A stretch of 5,708 bases of DNA, from positions 1 to 5,708 of the IMG/VR virus record IMGVR_UViG_3300008114_000858; one strand, given 5' to 3'. This document shows positions 5,064 to 5,708 of the stretch, one piece after another (position 1 is the stretch's first letter; every line of letters starts with the position of its first letter). The stretch is from a virus. The notes beneath the pieces were generated by a model. It did no database searches. It was not told where the DNA came from and saw nothing but the letters and a program-made list of their open reading frames with translations. Both the position numbers and the translations under genes were made by a program.

Positions 5064-5427
5064 AGCTTGTTCGTTTATGCATTTTTATAAACTCAGCTCT
5101 CTGTTGCTCTTCCTCCATTATTTTTTTAAGATTCCTTAGATCATAAAGCGTTTCTGCTGTTTTATAACGAGCAGTCATTTGCTGAAGACCTTTTTGCTTG
5201 TTGTTCTCTTCAAACTTCTCAAGCATTTGTATCTTATCATCCAGCTTCCAATGCTTTGTCACAAAATCACCAAGATTTGTGATGTGCACTCTGGAATGTT
5301 TAAGTGCACTAAGACTTTTCCTTACTTCTTGCCAGTAGTATGACACAATAGTTTCAACAGCATCTGGACTCAAGCCCGTCTGCTGTGCCACTTCAGGTAT
5401 AAACTCTTTAGCTTTCCTGGGTCGCAA
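5008..5427 (-). CDS. HU/IHF-like (histone-like) DNA-binding domain protein with a non-canonical helical C-terminus (139 aa)
   Basis: Track ORF starting at TTG 5427-5425. The first in-frame ATG is at codon 67, inside the domain. The N-terminal segment KAKEFIPEVAQQTGLSPDAVETIVSYYWQEVRKSLSALKHSRVHITNLGDFVTK aligns by eye to the HU/IHF helix-turn-helix body and first strand (compare E. coli HupA [50 protein letters not shown]). The beta-ribbon arm region is replaced by a charged helical tail. Confidence 0.5.
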   Translation of the reverse strand: MRPRKAKEFIPEVAQQTGLSPDAVETIVSYYWQEVRKSLSALKHSRVHITNLGDFVTKHWKLDDKIQMLEKFEENNKQKGLQQMTARYKTAETLYDLRNLKKIMEEEQQRAEFIKMHKRTSYESKRERDQNLEEQGSDT

Positions 5428-5708
5428 CGCAGAGGAATTTAAAATCCAATAAAATGTTTCCTCGTGAGCTGACTTTCATATCAGGATTGATATATATCTT
5501 CTTCTTGTTCTTTCCCTCTTTCTTAATCAAGTTTTTCTTTTCAGCTTTTGTAAGACAGTTTCTTACAGATTGAGTAGAAGAAAATATCTTCTTCTCAAAA
5601 GCCTTGCTACAAAAACTTGTAAGTTCTTGATCTCCTTCTATGGCAAGAAGAGTAAGACAGTTCAGATCTGCTTCACTAACTGGTATGTCATACAGGTAAC
5701 AGTGCGTA
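5408..5708 (-). CDS. C-terminal 99 codons of a protein whose start lies beyond the right edge; possible winged-helix/HTH DNA-binding protein
   Basis: My own translation gives an open minus-strand frame from 5707 to the TAA at 5410-5408: THCYLYDIPVSEADLNCLTLLAIEGDQELTSFCSKAFEKKIFSSTQSVRNCLTKAEKKNLIKKEGKNKKKIYINPDMKVSSRGNILLDFKFLCVATQES. The stretch SSTQSVRNCLTKAEKKNLIKKEG...IYINP looks like a wHTH recognition helix plus wing. The fold call is tentative. Confidence 0.5.
   Translation of the reverse strand, partial: THCYLYDIPVSEADLNCLTLLAIEGDQELTSFCSKAFEKKIFSSTQSVRNCLTKAEKKNLIKKEGKNKKKIYINPDMKVSSRGNILLDFKFLCVATQES

Noticed and set aside
5432-5463. Inverted repeat GAGGAA...TTCCTC just upstream of the HU-like TTG start, considered as a possible regulatory hairpin
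   Set aside because: The stem is only 6 bp and the loop is 20 nt and AT-rich, so the structure is thermodynamically weak. It lies inside the coding 3' end of the upstream ORF, and a match like this is expected by chance.
5498-5545. Polypyrimidine (plus-strand) low-complexity tract
   Set aside because: It is explained by a Lys/Glu-rich coding segment (KAEKKNLIKKEGKNKKK) of the partial wHTH-like ORF on the minus strand. It is not a repeat element.
1-5708. Stop-codon reassignment (TAG or TGA recoding, as in some crAss-like phages), prompted by the phage tRNAs and the missing ATG of terL
   Set aside because: All genes read as long intact ORFs under the standard code. The terL frame is also blocked upstream by a TAA, not only by the TAG. 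Neither tRNA has a CUA, UCA or UUA suppressor anticodon.

Overview
The window is AT-rich, and every credible gene lies on the minus strand in one tightly packed, operon-like block typical of a tailed phage (Caudoviricetes). The composition and gene content fit a phage of an AT-rich host such as Bacteroidota or a crAss-like phage, but I cannot confirm that without searches. Read right to left in transcription order, the block holds: the C-terminal part of a possible winged-helix DNA-binding protein, an HU/IHF-like protein, a Cys-rich metal-binding-type protein, and a 127-aa unknown. Next come a RecB/Cas4-type PD-(D/E)xK nuclease, a 72-aa unknown, a 26-aa micro-ORF missing from the supplied track, and an acidic 170-aa unknown. 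The block ends with a 216-aa protein with a restriction-endonuclease-like core, two tRNA genes, a 72-aa unknown and a T4 gp17-like large terminase (TerL). TerL runs off the left edge, so it is absent from the ORF track. Several junctions are 4-nt ATGA or TTGA stop/start overlaps, which suggests translational coupling. The most unusual element is a 90-nt class-II (long variable arm) tRNA whose anticodon loop is Asp-like (GUC). It sits next to an initiator-type tRNA-Met (C1xA72 mismatch, three G:C pairs in the anticodon stem, encoded CCA). Other points of note: TerL and the HU-like gene have no usable ATG start, a tRNA 5' end overlaps the stop codon of the upstream CDS, and two gene pairs overlap out of frame by 56-62 nt. 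I saw no CRISPR array, integrase, transposase or long repeat. All plus-strand ORFs in the track look like antisense shadows.
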